This document shows positions 1 through 9,445 of a stretch of DNA of 64,000 nucleotides, piece after piece. The stretch covers positions 1-64,000 of the forward strand of contig JBBRSP010000017.1 in the NCBI GenBank assembly GCA_038245295.1, given 5' to 3'. The first letter of the stretch is position 1, and every line of letters starts with the position of its first letter. Below the pieces are notes generated by a model. That model saw only the letters and a program-made list of their open reading frames with translations, did not search any database and had not been told where the DNA came from. A program made the position numbers and the translations under genes. The stretch is from Candidatus Binatia bacterium (GTDB lineage Bacteria; Desulfobacterota; Binatia; HRBIN30).

Positions 1-8
1 ACATTTTG

Positions 9-60
9 TCCGCTCGCCCTGAGCCCGTCGAAGGGTGAGCCTATGTTTTGAGACAGCCTC
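9..60. repeat. REP-like intergenic repeat (TCCGCTCGCCCTGAG...GTCGAAGGGTGAGC family), copy 1
   Basis: 45 of 52 nt identical to 61355-61406 by manual alignment; partial relatives near 53668-53742 and 61287-61320. Confidence 0.75.
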
Positions 61-219
61 TTCAGCCTGCGGCGCGTGAGCCCAATGCTTCCGAACAGCC
101 GCGAAATACGTCGCCGAACTTATGAAACCGAGTACTAAGCCGCCGCGTCGGCGGGGACACAGATTCGCGACTCAAAAAGTCGGTTTGGCGGCCGCCTGAG
201 TCGGGCGGGATCCACAGGC

Positions 220-1155
220 CTAACGGAACGCCGGCATCACCTTCTCGGCGAACAGCTGCAACGTTTCCGGTGAATGGAGATCGCCGAACAGGGTCGTGAA
301 GTAGGTCACGCCCTGGCGGTTACGCGCTTGGATGCGCTCGATCAACTGATCCGGAGTACCGATCAAGCCGGTCTTGTCCAAATCGAAGACCCGGCCGACG
401 GTGGCGCGTGCGAAGGCCAACTTCGTCTGCAGCTCTTTCTCGTCGGCGCCGAGTACCATGACGCATTGCTCGGAGACTTCAATCTCATCCGGATCCCGCC
501 CGACATCGTCACAATGCTTTTTCAGGACGTCCAGTTTGTGCTGCAATTCGTGGGCGACGTTGTTGGGGCAATTCCAGATATTGGCGTGCTCCGCGATGAC
601 GCGCAGCATTCGCTTCTCGCCGGCACCGCCGATCAGGATCGGTGGATGCGGCTTCTGCACCGGTTTCGGGTTGTTCACGCTTTCTTCGATGGCGTAGTAC
701 TTACCCTGGAACGTCGCCTGCGGCTCGAGCCACATACGTTTGATGATGACCAGCGCCTCTTCCAGTTGCTCGATGCGAACGCGAATCCCCGGAAAGGGGA
801 AGCCGTAGGCGCGATATTCTTCGTCCATCCATCCGGCCCCAATGCCGAGAATGAAACGTCCGTTGCTGACATGATCCAGGCTGCTCGCCATCTTCGCCAG
901 CAGGGCAGGGTTACGATAGGAGTTGCACATCACCAGCGTGCCGATCTTGATGCGCTCAGTGATGGCCGCGGTCGCCGCCATCAGCGTCCACGCTTCCAGA
1001 TGATCGAGATCAATCATGCCTCGGCTCCAAAAGTGGTCGACGACCAGATAGGAGTCGTAACCGAGGCGATCGGCCAGGAGGACGCGTTCTTTGATGGCCG
1101 AGTAGGTGGCGCCAACCTGCGGAGCGAACAGCCCGAAGCGAACATTTCGTTTCAT
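220..1155 (-). CDS. LLM-class (probably F420-dependent) oxidoreductase
   Basis: Luciferase-like motifs DHF, RNPALLAKMASSLDHVSNGRFILGIGAGW, PKPVQKPHPPILIGG. Confidence 0.9.
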   Translation of the reverse strand: MKRNVRFGLFAPQVGATYSAIKERVLLADRLGYDSYLVVDHFWSRGMIDLDHLEAWTLMAATAAITERIKIGTLVMCNSYRNPALLAKMASSLDHVSNGRFILGIGAGWMDEEYRAYGFPFPGIRVRIEQLEEALVIIKRMWLEPQATFQGKYYAIEESVNNPKPVQKPHPPILIGGAGEKRMLRVIAEHANIWNCPNNVAHELQHKLDVLKKHCDDVGRDPDEIEVSEQCVMVLGADEKELQTKLAFARATVGRVFDLDKTGLIGTPDQLIERIQARNRQGVTYFTTLFGDLHSPETLQLFAEKVMPAFR

Positions 1156-1217
1156 AGGGCGCGAACCTTACTACAGCGTGAAGAACGGTTAAACGGCAAA
1201 CACCAACCCCTCGCGTG

Positions 1218-1253
1218 GGGTAGACTGAGAGTTCTAGAACTGGAATTCTACCC
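1218..1253. promoter_or_regulatory. 36-bp imperfect palindrome, probable TetR-type operator
   Basis: GGGTAGA-N5-AGTTCTAGAACT-N5-TCTACCC between divergent genes, 3 nt before the ATG of a TetR-like remnant. Confidence 0.6.
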
Positions 1254-1256
1254 TGC

Positions 1257-1526
1257 ATGTCTGGAACTGCAGATGAGTTGGCTCTCGCCCGGCGGGTCGG
1301 ACGAAGTGCCTTGCGCGAGCAGACACGGGCCCGGCTGCTCGACTTTGGTCGTCGCGCCTTCGCTCGTAAGGGCTTGGCAGCGGCCAATCTGAAAGACGAC
1401 ATTCTCACCCCGGGTGGGGTTTCGGCGAGCTCGTCCGATCATCTGTTTGGCGACAAGACGGAGCTCTTCCTGGTTGTCATCGAAGAACACATTGTCGCCG
1501 GCGCGACCGCCGAACAGCTACGTTGA
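1257..1526 (+). pseudogene. Truncated TetR-family regulator (N-terminal HTH only)
   Basis: REQTRARLLDFGRRAFARKG...GVSASSSDHLFGDKTELF resembles a TetR HTH with a decayed recognition helix; only 89 aa, no ligand-binding domain. Confidence 0.6.
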
Positions 1527-1542
1527 ACGGGAGGAGAGTAGG

Positions 1543-2805
1543 ATGCAGTTTGGAATTTTCTACGAGCACCAGATCCCACGGCCATGGACGAACGGCGCCG
1601 AGCACAAGCTCATCAAGGACGCCCTCGATCAAGTCGAGCTCGCCGACCGGCTCGGCATCGACTACGCGTGGGAAGTCGAACACCATTTTCTCGAGGAGTA
1701 CTCCCACTCCTCGGCGCCGGAAGTGTTTCTGGCCGCTTGTAGTCAACGCACCAAGAACATTCGCCTCGGTCATGGCATCGTGCAGATGCCGCCACGCTTC
1801 AATCATCCCGCCCGTGTCGCCGAACGCATCGCCATGCTCGATCTGGTCAGCGACGGCCGTGTCGAATGGGGTACGGGCGAGGCCAGTGCCCGCCTCGAGC
1901 TCGAAGGGTTCAACATCAACTACATGGAGAAGCGCGACATGTGGCTCGAGACCACACGCGAGACGGCCAAGATGTTGGCCATGGAACCTTACCCGGGCTT
2001 CAAGGGTAAATACTTCTCGATGCCGCATCGCAACATCGTGCCCAAGCCGCTGCAGCGACCACACCCGCCGATGTGGGTGGCATGTTCGAATCGCGATACC
2101 ATCCGACTCGCCGCCAGGTGCGGCCTCGGCGCTCTCACCTTTGCCTTCGTTGATCCGCAGGAGGCCAAGTATTGGGTCGAAGAGTACTACCAGATCTTCA
2201 AAAACGAGTGTGAGCCGATTGGCCGCACCGTGAACCCCAACATCGCCATGGTCACCGGCTTCATGTGCCACGAGGATAGCGACACGGCTGTGGCGCGCGG
2301 CCTCGAGGGCTTTCGGTTTTTCGGTTACGCGCTGACGCACTACTACATCACCGGCACCCACTACCCCGGTCGCTTCAACGTCTGGGAGGACTTCAAGAAG
2401 AACTCCAACCCGTCGGCGTGGGGCGGACCCACCGGCGGCATCGGCAATCCGGAGGAAGTGCGTATCAACCTGGAGAAGTACGAGGACATGGGTGTCGACC
2501 AGGTGATCTTCATTCAACAAGGCGGCAACAATCGCCACGAAGACATCTGCGAATCGCTCGAGCTCTTCTCCAAGCGGGTGCAGCCAGGGTTCAAAGAACG
2601 CCACGCGGCACGCGCCAAACAAAAGGCGATCGAGCTGGCGCCGTATATTGAGAAGGCGATGGCGAAGATTCCGCCGCTGCCGGAAATGACCGAGGTGCCG
2701 CCGGTCGACGCGTATCCGGTGGTGATCCAGAAGATGGGTGAGCAGGTTACCGAGCAGACGGTAGGACAGAAGCTCGCTCGCTCCGTGCAAGGAGCGACGT
2801 CCTAG
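1543..2805 (+). CDS. LLM-class flavin-dependent oxidoreductase
   Basis: MQFGIFYEHQ start with GGAGGAG RBS; VEHHFLEEYSHSSAPEVFL, HPARVAERIAMLDLVSDGRVEWGTG. Confidence 0.9.
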   Translation: MQFGIFYEHQIPRPWTNGAEHKLIKDALDQVELADRLGIDYAWEVEHHFLEEYSHSSAPEVFLAACSQRTKNIRLGHGIVQMPPRFNHPARVAERIAMLDLVSDGRVEWGTGEASARLELEGFNINYMEKRDMWLETTRETAKMLAMEPYPGFKGKYFSMPHRNIVPKPLQRPHPPMWVACSNRDTIRLAARCGLGALTFAFVDPQEAKYWVEEYYQIFKNECEPIGRTVNPNIAMVTGFMCHEDSDTAVARGLEGFRFFGYALTHYYITGTHYPGRFNVWEDFKKNSNPSAWGGPTGGIGNPEEVRINLEKYEDMGVDQVIFIQQGGNNRHEDICESLELFSKRVQPGFKERHAARAKQKAIELAPYIEKAMAKIPPLPEMTEVPPVDAYPVVIQKMGEQVTEQTVGQKLARSVQGATS

Positions 2806-2817
2806 TACCGCCCGGGA

Positions 2818-3996
2818 TCACGGCAGCCGACGGCCGACGTTGAGCTTCTGCCGTGCGGCGATGCGAGCCAGGCCCTCGCGGGCCTGGGCCGAAACGTCGG
2901 GGCTGTGAGGCAAGCCGAGGGCCTCGAGAAAATGGTGGTACGCCGCCGTCGGCTGACTGAGCAAGTCGAGTTGCACGAGCCCGGCTCCCAGGTGTGCCGC
3001 GGCGGCGCTGGGATCGTCGGGATGGTCGCGGATGTGGCGCCGGTAAACAGTCAGTGCCGCCGAAGCATCACCGGCGTCGCGTAGCGCATCGGCCAGTCGC
3101 AGTGTGGTCTCGGCGTCGGCGGAGTTCGTCCCGGATGGTTGCTGAAAGTAGGCGACGGCGGCGGCGCGGGTTTCTCCGCTGTCGAGGGCCGAGCGAATCA
3201 AGTCGGCCGGAGAACCCGCGGCGAGCGCCACGGTGCGGAATGTTGCCGGCGCCGCAAGCGTTCGACGATCGAACAACCAGCCTCCCGCCAGGCCGGCAAA
3301 GAAGCCGCCGATGTGTGCGCCGAAGGCGACGCCCGTTCCATTCGACCCGCCGCTCACGAGAAGCGGCAAGAGGTTGTCGATGACCAGGAAGAAGCCCAGA
3401 ACCAAACGCGCCGGCACCTCGATCACGCGCATGAAGAACGGTACGAAAAGCATCAGCAGCCGCACCCGATTGCGCGGAAACCAGACGAAGTAAAACCCGA
3501 GGACTCCGGAGATGGCTCCCGAAGCCCCAACGAGCGGCAGCGCCGAGGTCGAAAACAGCGCCGCATGAAAGAGCGTCGCCGCTACGCCGCTGCCGAGATA
3601 GGCGAGCAGATAGCGCAACGGGCCGAGCCGGTACTCGACGTTGTCGCCGTAGATCCACAAGAACAGCATGTTGCCAGACAGGTGCAAGAAGCCACCGTGC
3701 AAGAACAGAGAGAGGAACAGGGCCTCGAGGTTCGGCGCGACAGGACGGAAGCCGTGTCGAAAGAGGAAGAGGTCGTAGGCGCTCAAGTGCGCCAACTCAG
3801 CTTGCACCGCGCGCTCGCTGGCGTGCTGACGCACAACGTCGACATACGCGCTTACGGCTGGGTCCGACGGATCGGCCGGCGTGACGCTTTGAGGGACCGT
3901 GATCAACACGTAGAACAGCACGTTGACCGCAATCAGCAGGTACGTGATGAATGGGATGCCCTTGGGGTTGGGCGAATCACTGAGAGGGAAAATCAA
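2818..3996 (-). CDS. Rhomboid-family intramembrane serine protease with C-terminal TPR-like region
   Basis: FLHGGFLHLSGNMLFL, GASGAISG (catalytic Ser), AHIGGF (catalytic His); TTG start at LIFPLSD inferred. Confidence 0.88.
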   Translation of the reverse strand: MIFPLSDSPNPKGIPFITYLLIAVNVLFYVLITVPQSVTPADPSDPAVSAYVDVVRQHASERAVQAELAHLSAYDLFLFRHGFRPVAPNLEALFLSLFLHGGFLHLSGNMLFLWIYGDNVEYRLGPLRYLLAYLGSGVAATLFHAALFSTSALPLVGASGAISGVLGFYFVWFPRNRVRLLMLFVPFFMRVIEVPARLVLGFFLVIDNLLPLLVSGGSNGTGVAFGAHIGGFFAGLAGGWLFDRRTLAAPATFRTVALAAGSPADLIRSALDSGETRAAAVAYFQQPSGTNSADAETTLRLADALRDAGDASAALTVYRRHIRDHPDDPSAAAAHLGAGLVQLDLLSQPTAAYHHFLEALGLPHSPDVSAQAREGLARIAARQKLNVGRRLP

Positions 3997-4052
3997 CCTG
4001 GCCTCGGGGCGTCTGCATTGACTGCACGGCGCTCTTAGCACATTGCAGGGCA

Positions 4053-5471
4053 ATGCAAATCAAGCCTGTTCTCAGGCATCTCGTCGTTGGCTTGTGGGCG
4101 GCGCTTGCCCTGTCGAGTACGGCCGCGGCAACCGATTGGAACGCCGCTAGTGTCGAGGCTCTCGACAAGCTGCAGTCGTATCTGCGCGTCGATACCAGCA
4201 ACCCTCCGGGGAATGAGACGCCCGCCGCCGAGCTGCTGCAAAGTTGGCTCAGCAGCGAAGGGATCGAAACCAAGCTCTACGATCCGATGGGTAATCCGCA
4301 GCGTCAGGCGTTGGTCGCCCGCCTACCCGGGAAGAGCGGCAAGACGCTTGTTCTGATGAGTCACTCGGATGTCGTGCCCGCCGTTGTTGCCGATTGGAAG
4401 CACCCGCCGTTCGCCGCCGAGGTGCACGATGGTGTGCTGTACGGTCGTGGCGCTCTCGACACCAAGGGGCTCGGCATCCTGCAGGTGATGACTCTGCTTC
4501 TCATGCACCGCGGCGGCTTCGTGCCGGACGACACGATCGTGCTGTTGATCGAACCGGACGAAGAGGTTGATGGCGGCGGCATCCACGGCATGTTGAAGCA
4601 ACATGCCGCCGTGTTCGGCGATGTGCGGATGGTTCTCAATGAAGGCGGGCAGGGCACGATCGGATTGCTCAAGCCGGAGCAGGTGATCTTCTTCGTGCAA
4701 ACCGCCGAGAAGGGTGCGGCGTGGATGAAGCTCAAGGTGCATGGCGACGCCGGCCACGGTTCCGTACCCCTGAGGAACAACGCGGTCGTCGCCATGGCGC
4801 GCGCCCTGGACAAAGTCAGCCGCTACGAAACGCCGCTACGTCCGCCCGCAACGGTTCTGCGCCTCTTCCAGGGCCTGGCGGAACAGGCGTCGTTTCCGGA
4901 TTCGTTCGTTATGAACCATCTCGACAGCGCCATCGTCCGCGGTCTCGCCGGCGGCAAACTGACCGAGCGCCCGATGGTCAACGCGCTGCTGCGGACGACC
5001 ATCTCCCTCACCGGCATGAAGGGCGGCTACAAAACCAACGTGATTCCGTCCGATGTCGAGGCCACCCTCGACTGCCGTGTCGTGCCTGGTGACAGCAGCG
5101 CGGCACTGCGTGCCGAGCTGACCCGGGTGATTGACGACCCGCGGGTACAAATCGAGATGCTCAACGACGGTACGCCGTCGGAATCACCGGTGGATGACGA
5201 CTTGATGAACGCTATCCGTGCCGCCGTCGCTCCTCAGTTCCCCGGCGCCGTCGTCGCCCCGTTCATGTCGAGCGGTGGCACCGACTCGGCGCCATTTCGC
5301 GAGCTCGGCACGAAAGCCTACGGCTTCAACCCGCTGGTTGCCACCGAGGCGGAGATGTCGACGATGCACGGCATCGATGAACGAATTGGCGTCGAGCGCC
5401 TGCGCCAGGCGCTGCAAATACACTACGAAACGATCGCTTCCCTGGTCCGGCATGCAAAGGAGAACCGATGA
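4053..5471 (+). CDS. Secreted M20/M25/M40-family metallopeptidase
   Basis: Signal peptide; SHSDVVP, GRGALDTKG, DEEV, NEGG, HGIDERI metal-binding motifs. Confidence 0.9.
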   Translation: MQIKPVLRHLVVGLWAALALSSTAAATDWNAASVEALDKLQSYLRVDTSNPPGNETPAAELLQSWLSSEGIETKLYDPMGNPQRQALVARLPGKSGKTLVLMSHSDVVPAVVADWKHPPFAAEVHDGVLYGRGALDTKGLGILQVMTLLLMHRGGFVPDDTIVLLIEPDEEVDGGGIHGMLKQHAAVFGDVRMVLNEGGQGTIGLLKPEQVIFFVQTAEKGAAWMKLKVHGDAGHGSVPLRNNAVVAMARALDKVSRYETPLRPPATVLRLFQGLAEQASFPDSFVMNHLDSAIVRGLAGGKLTERPMVNALLRTTISLTGMKGGYKTNVIPSDVEATLDCRVVPGDSSAALRAELTRVIDDPRVQIEMLNDGTPSESPVDDDLMNAIRAAVAPQFPGAVVAPFMSSGGTDSAPFRELGTKAYGFNPLVATEAEMSTMHGIDERIGVERLRQALQIHYETIASLVRHAKENR

Positions 5472-5866
5472 CTCGCTCTGTCCTGATTGGAATCTGCCTG
5501 GTGCTCGCAACCCTGACGTCGGTCGCCGCCGCCTCGCGTCGCCACTCGAGGATGCCGGTTCAAATCAAGATGGATACCTTCATCGGGCCGTTGCCGGCCG
5601 GCGTTCGCTCCGAGGGAACGTGGCGGATCAAGGTTCGCCACACGGTGTACGACATGCAGATCGTCAAGCTAACCGTTCTCACCGGCGACACCAGCGCATC
5701 GAGCATTCTCGAGGCTGTGCGCCCAACAAAATCGGCGAGCTTCACCGTTGTCGGTCAAGATGCCACGCTCGATAAGATTGCCAACGCCAAGCCCGCAGAA
5801 CCGCACGCCATCACGGCGCATCTGCGGCTCGACGCGCGCACGCTGATGGTCTCACAGGTCGAGTAA
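5468..5866 (+). CDS. Hypothetical exported protein
   Basis: ATGA overlap with upstream gene, signal-peptide-like N-terminus, 132 aa. Confidence 0.65.
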   Translation: MTRSVLIGICLVLATLTSVAAASRRHSRMPVQIKMDTFIGPLPAGVRSEGTWRIKVRHTVYDMQIVKLTVLTGDTSASSILEAVRPTKSASFTVVGQDATLDKIANAKPAEPHAITAHLRLDARTLMVSQVE

Positions 5867-5868
5867 TG

Positions 5869-5910
5869 GGCTCGGACCGTTCCGACGCATCCGTCGGATC
5901 GGTCCGAGCC
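5869..5910. terminator. Hairpin between convergent genes
   Basis: GGCTCGGACCG..TCCGACG-CATC-CGTCGGA..CGGTCCGAGCC inverted repeat. Confidence 0.6.
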
Positions 5911-5919
5911 ATGCCGATC

Positions 5920-6741
5920 TTACTTTCCCGAGAAAGTCGGCTCGCGTCGCTGCAAGAACGACGCGACGCCTTCGCGGAAATCCTCGGTGGGGAAACAGGC
6001 GACCATCTCGCGGTCGGCGCGGGTGATCGATTCGCCCAGGTCCAGTGTCTGGTCCTCGAAGAGCTGACGCTTCATGATGCGCACCGAGCGCGGCGAGGCC
6101 CAGGTAGCGATTTCCGCAGCCATGTCACGCGCCGTGCTCAGGAGGGCATCGTGCGGTACGACGCGGTTCACCAGCCTCATCTGCAATGCTTCTTCGGCGC
6201 TGACGAAACGGCCCGAGTAGAGCAGCTCGGCGGCGTTCGACAGGCCAATCAACCGCGGTAGCAGCCAAGCCGCGCCGTGCTCGGCAATCAGCCCGCGGCG
6301 GGCGAAAATCGTCGAGAAGCGGGCGCGATCGGAGGCGATGCGGATGTCGTAGTACAGCATGTACGAGAGCCCGAGGCCGGCGGCCGGTCCGTTGACGGCG
6401 GCAATGACCGGCTTGTCGAGGCCGAGCGGGTAGCTGTATTCGCCGCGGAAGCTCGCCGGGATGCTGGGATCGAACTCGACGTGCAAGGCGCCGGCGTTGC
6501 CGAGGTTGGCTTCGCCTTTCTGGATGCCCTGCAACATGTCCATGTCGGCGCCAGCGCAGTACCCTTTACCGGCGCCGGTGACGATGATGACGCGCACCGC
6601 GGGATCCTGGTTGGCGGTCCACATCGCGTGGCGCACCTCGTAACCCATGTGCATCGTCCAGGCGTTCAACTTCTCCGGGCGGCTCAGGGTGATCGTGGCG
6701 ATCGAGTCGCTGACTTCGTACACAATTTGTTCGTATGACAT
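5920..6741 (-). CDS. Enoyl-CoA hydratase/isomerase family protein
   Basis: ATITLSRPEKLNA, YCAGADM, KPVIAAVNGPAAG, DFREGVASFLQRREPTF. Confidence 0.92.
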   Translation of the reverse strand: MSYEQIVYEVSDSIATITLSRPEKLNAWTMHMGYEVRHAMWTANQDPAVRVIIVTGAGKGYCAGADMDMLQGIQKGEANLGNAGALHVEFDPSIPASFRGEYSYPLGLDKPVIAAVNGPAAGLGLSYMLYYDIRIASDRARFSTIFARRGLIAEHGAAWLLPRLIGLSNAAELLYSGRFVSAEEALQMRLVNRVVPHDALLSTARDMAAEIATWASPRSVRIMKRQLFEDQTLDLGESITRADREMVACFPTEDFREGVASFLQRREPTFSGK

Positions 6742-6851
6742 GCGCCCGAGGGCCTACCGTGGAACCAACACAAGAGCAATGTGGCTCGCATCGTCGGCGT
6801 CGGAGAATCGCCTTGATCTCGGCGCATCATTTAGGGAAGTAGTTGATCCAG

Positions 6852-7595
6852 ATGATGCATCTCCTGTTGGCTCCGTTCGATGACTATCTGGCCGCCCTGA
6901 ACGCGTCGCTACGTCGTCGCACCGCATCTGCGGTTGCGTTGATCGTTGTGGGGGTGGTGGTCAGTTGGTGGATCTATGTTCCCATCCACGAGTTGCTGCA
7001 TGCCTGGGGCTGCATGGCGGCGGGCGGTTCGGTGACGCGGCTCGAGATCGCTCCGATCTATGGCGCCGCATGGTTGCAGCAGTTCTTCCCCTATATTTCC
7101 GTCGGCTCCGAATACGCCGGCCAGCTCACCGGCTTCGATACGCACGGTAGCGACCTCATCTATCTGATCACCGACGCGACCCCCTTCGTGCTGACGATCT
7201 TCTTCGGCGTGCCGTTGTTGCGCTGGAGTGGTCACAGTGCGCGCCGTCATGTCGTCCGCTGCCTGACCTTCGGAGTGGCCCTACCGGTGGCGTTCGCCCC
7301 GTTCATCTCGCTGACCGGCGACTACTATGAAATGGGCTCGATCATCGTCTCGCGGCTAGCTGGCGCGTGGCAGTCTCACACGAGCGCCCTGCGATGGCGC
7401 GGTGATGATCTGTTCAAGGTGATCCGCTCGCTACGACACGTCTATACGGCGGACGACGTTCTCGGCGTCGCCGCCAGCATTTGGCTCGGCCTCTTCCTCG
7501 CCTCGCTCACCTATGGAATCGGTAGCTTCGTCGGCGATGCGATTGCCCGCCGCTCTCGTTATCGTCCCGACACCGACGCGGCGCTCACGTCGTAG
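6852..7595 (+). CDS. Hypothetical membrane protein with HExxH motif (possible zinc metalloprotease)
   Basis: Several hydrophobic segments; IHELLHAWG. Confidence 0.65.
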   Translation: MMHLLLAPFDDYLAALNASLRRRTASAVALIVVGVVVSWWIYVPIHELLHAWGCMAAGGSVTRLEIAPIYGAAWLQQFFPYISVGSEYAGQLTGFDTHGSDLIYLITDATPFVLTIFFGVPLLRWSGHSARRHVVRCLTFGVALPVAFAPFISLTGDYYEMGSIIVSRLAGAWQSHTSALRWRGDDLFKVIRSLRHVYTADDVLGVAASIWLGLFLASLTYGIGSFVGDAIARRSRYRPDTDAALTS

Positions 7596-8290
7596 CGGCC
7601 ACGCCCGTCGCGCCCGCTTTGCCATCGGGCAACAAGCGGCTCATGAGCTTCTCTTTGATGATCTCTACCAGTCCCAGGTACGTGGTGACGACGGCAACCA
7701 GAAATACGAAGACCGAGCCCGGCAACGGCGCCATTCCGAGGCGTGCGCCCAACCCGGTATAGGGAAGGGTTGCACCAATGATCACGACGACGATGGCCGT
7801 GACCGTCAGGGGCATGCTCGGACGATTGCTCCAGGCACGCCCGCGGGTTCGGATGATGAACAACACGAGGACCTGCGTGACGAGCGATTCGACGAACCAG
7901 CCGGTTTGAAAGGCCGTCTCACCACAACCGAAGCCTTTGAGGAGAACGGCAAAGGTCGGAAAATCGAAGATCGAGCTCAGCGGACCAATGATCAGCATGA
8001 ACCGGCGAATGCCGTTGCTATCCAGTCGCGTCTCGAGGAGCACGATGTCGGCGGCCTCACGTGCCACGTCGACCGCTCCGGCAACGGCGATACCGACGTC
8101 AAAGAAGGCGCATCGTCGATGCCGTCTCCCATGAATCCAACGACGTGGTTGCGATGCTTGAGCGCCAGAACGACGCGGTGCTTCTGGGCCGGCGACATGC
8201 GCGCGAACACTGTTGCTTGCTCAGCGATGTGCGCCAGCGCATCCGGGTCGAGCTTTTCCAGCTCGTCGCCCAGGACAATCCCGCTCGATG
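7585..8290 (-). pseudogene. mgtA: Fragmented Mg2+-transporting P-type ATPase (MgtA-like) remnant
   Basis: VFARMSPAQKHRVV...VGFMGDGIDDAPSL in one frame, DVGIAV...AREAADIVLLE and IRRFMLIIGPLSSIFDF...FQTGWFVES in another; frameshift, internal deletion and no N-terminal half. Confidence 0.8.
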
Positions 8291-8455
8291 GCCGACAGCA
8301 GAGCCGTGATGTCGAGTGTCGCATTTGGCGCCGTTCCGGGTGGGCCACGAGAATCGACGGGCATGTCCGACAGGATCGTGTCACTCGTCGCTCGGCGTGG
8401 ATACCCCGCGCCGCGAGTTCAGCCATCGCAATCGGAGGCGTGTGTTGGAATGCGT

Positions 8456-9439
8456 TCACCAGCCGCGCAGGTCAACACTCCACACGTCGAGGAGTGAGTC
8501 CCCGTCCACGACATAGATCCGCTCGTGATAGGCGACCGTCGGATCCACGTGTGCCGGACGCACACGCACGCGGTCGCCGACCCGCACGGGGTGTTCGGGC
8601 ACGAACGTGACGTGCTCATCCGAGCAGAACAGAACCGTCGCGTCGGCGATCGTCGGATTTCCATGGTCCATTCCCAGAGCCTTGAGGCCGCAGTCGGCCA
8701 CGGCGTAGGAGGGGGATACCGAAATCACCGTCGCCAGAACCCAGAGTGCTTGTTGAAACGGGATATCGAGTTTCCCGTAGGCCGTGTCCATCAGTGCGTA
8801 CGAGCCGGCCTGGATCTCATTCGCCCAGCGATTGCAATTGTAGGTGCCGGTGCCGCCAGCCGAGATGATCTCGCCACCCGTCAGTGCGTGGGCTTGAAGC
8901 AAAACCATCATGGCTTGTTCGCACAGCGATTCGCGGGTACCGCGGTTGTCCAGGCCGACGACATGGCCCTCGTAGCCCATGACGCCGCGTACGCTCATCG
9001 CGTGCTGACGCGCCAGGTCGGCGAGACGGCCGGCATCCTCGGCGGCGCAGCCGCAGCGTGGCAGGCCAACGTTCACGTCGATCAGTACCTCGCGAATGCC
9101 GTCGCGGGCTGCGGCCAGAACGGTGGCGTCGGAGTCGACGGCCACAGTGACGCGCGCGTCGAGACGTGCCAATCGCGAGGCGTCGAGAACTTCGTTTGCC
9201 AGCAGCAGATCGTGGCCGAGGCCGGCGCGTGCCATACCCTCTACTTCGCGAATCGTCGCGCAGGTGAAGCTCTGGTGTCCGACGGCTGCCTGACGTCGGG
9301 CCAGGGCCGTGCATTTGTGGGCTTTGACGTGTGGACGCAGCCGCGCTCCGGGAAGCGCGGCTGCCATCGTCGTCAGGTTGTGTTGCAGCGCCTGAGCTTC
9401 AACCAGCAGCGCCGGAGTCTGCAAGTGATCGAGGCGCAT
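8456..9439 (-). CDS. PLP-dependent alanine-racemase-fold enzyme (D-threonine aldolase/DSD1-like)
   Basis: TPALLV, RPHVKAHK (PLP Lys), GVMGYEGH, GGTGT, SDEH, PAHVDPT. Confidence 0.88.
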   Translation of the reverse strand: MRLDHLQTPALLVEAQALQHNLTTMAAALPGARLRPHVKAHKCTALARRQAAVGHQSFTCATIREVEGMARAGLGHDLLLANEVLDASRLARLDARVTVAVDSDATVLAAARDGIREVLIDVNVGLPRCGCAAEDAGRLADLARQHAMSVRGVMGYEGHVVGLDNRGTRESLCEQAMMVLLQAHALTGGEIISAGGTGTYNCNRWANEIQAGSYALMDTAYGKLDIPFQQALWVLATVISVSPSYAVADCGLKALGMDHGNPTIADATVLFCSDEHVTFVPEHPVRVGDRVRVRPAHVDPTVAYHERIYVVDGDSLLDVWSVDLRGW

Positions 9440-9445
9440 ATTGGC

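Noticed and set aside
274..1392. Long antisense ORFs (e.g. 274-1392, 1477-2790, 8525-9919, 14228-15823, 30536-32002, 39868-40983)
   Set aside because: Shadow frames of well-supported genes in high-GC DNA with no recognisable motifs.
2818..3996. Rhomboid as the sortase for the ice-binding protein tail
   Set aside because: It lies 42 kb away with no linkage evidence and has a TPR-type tail; pure speculation.
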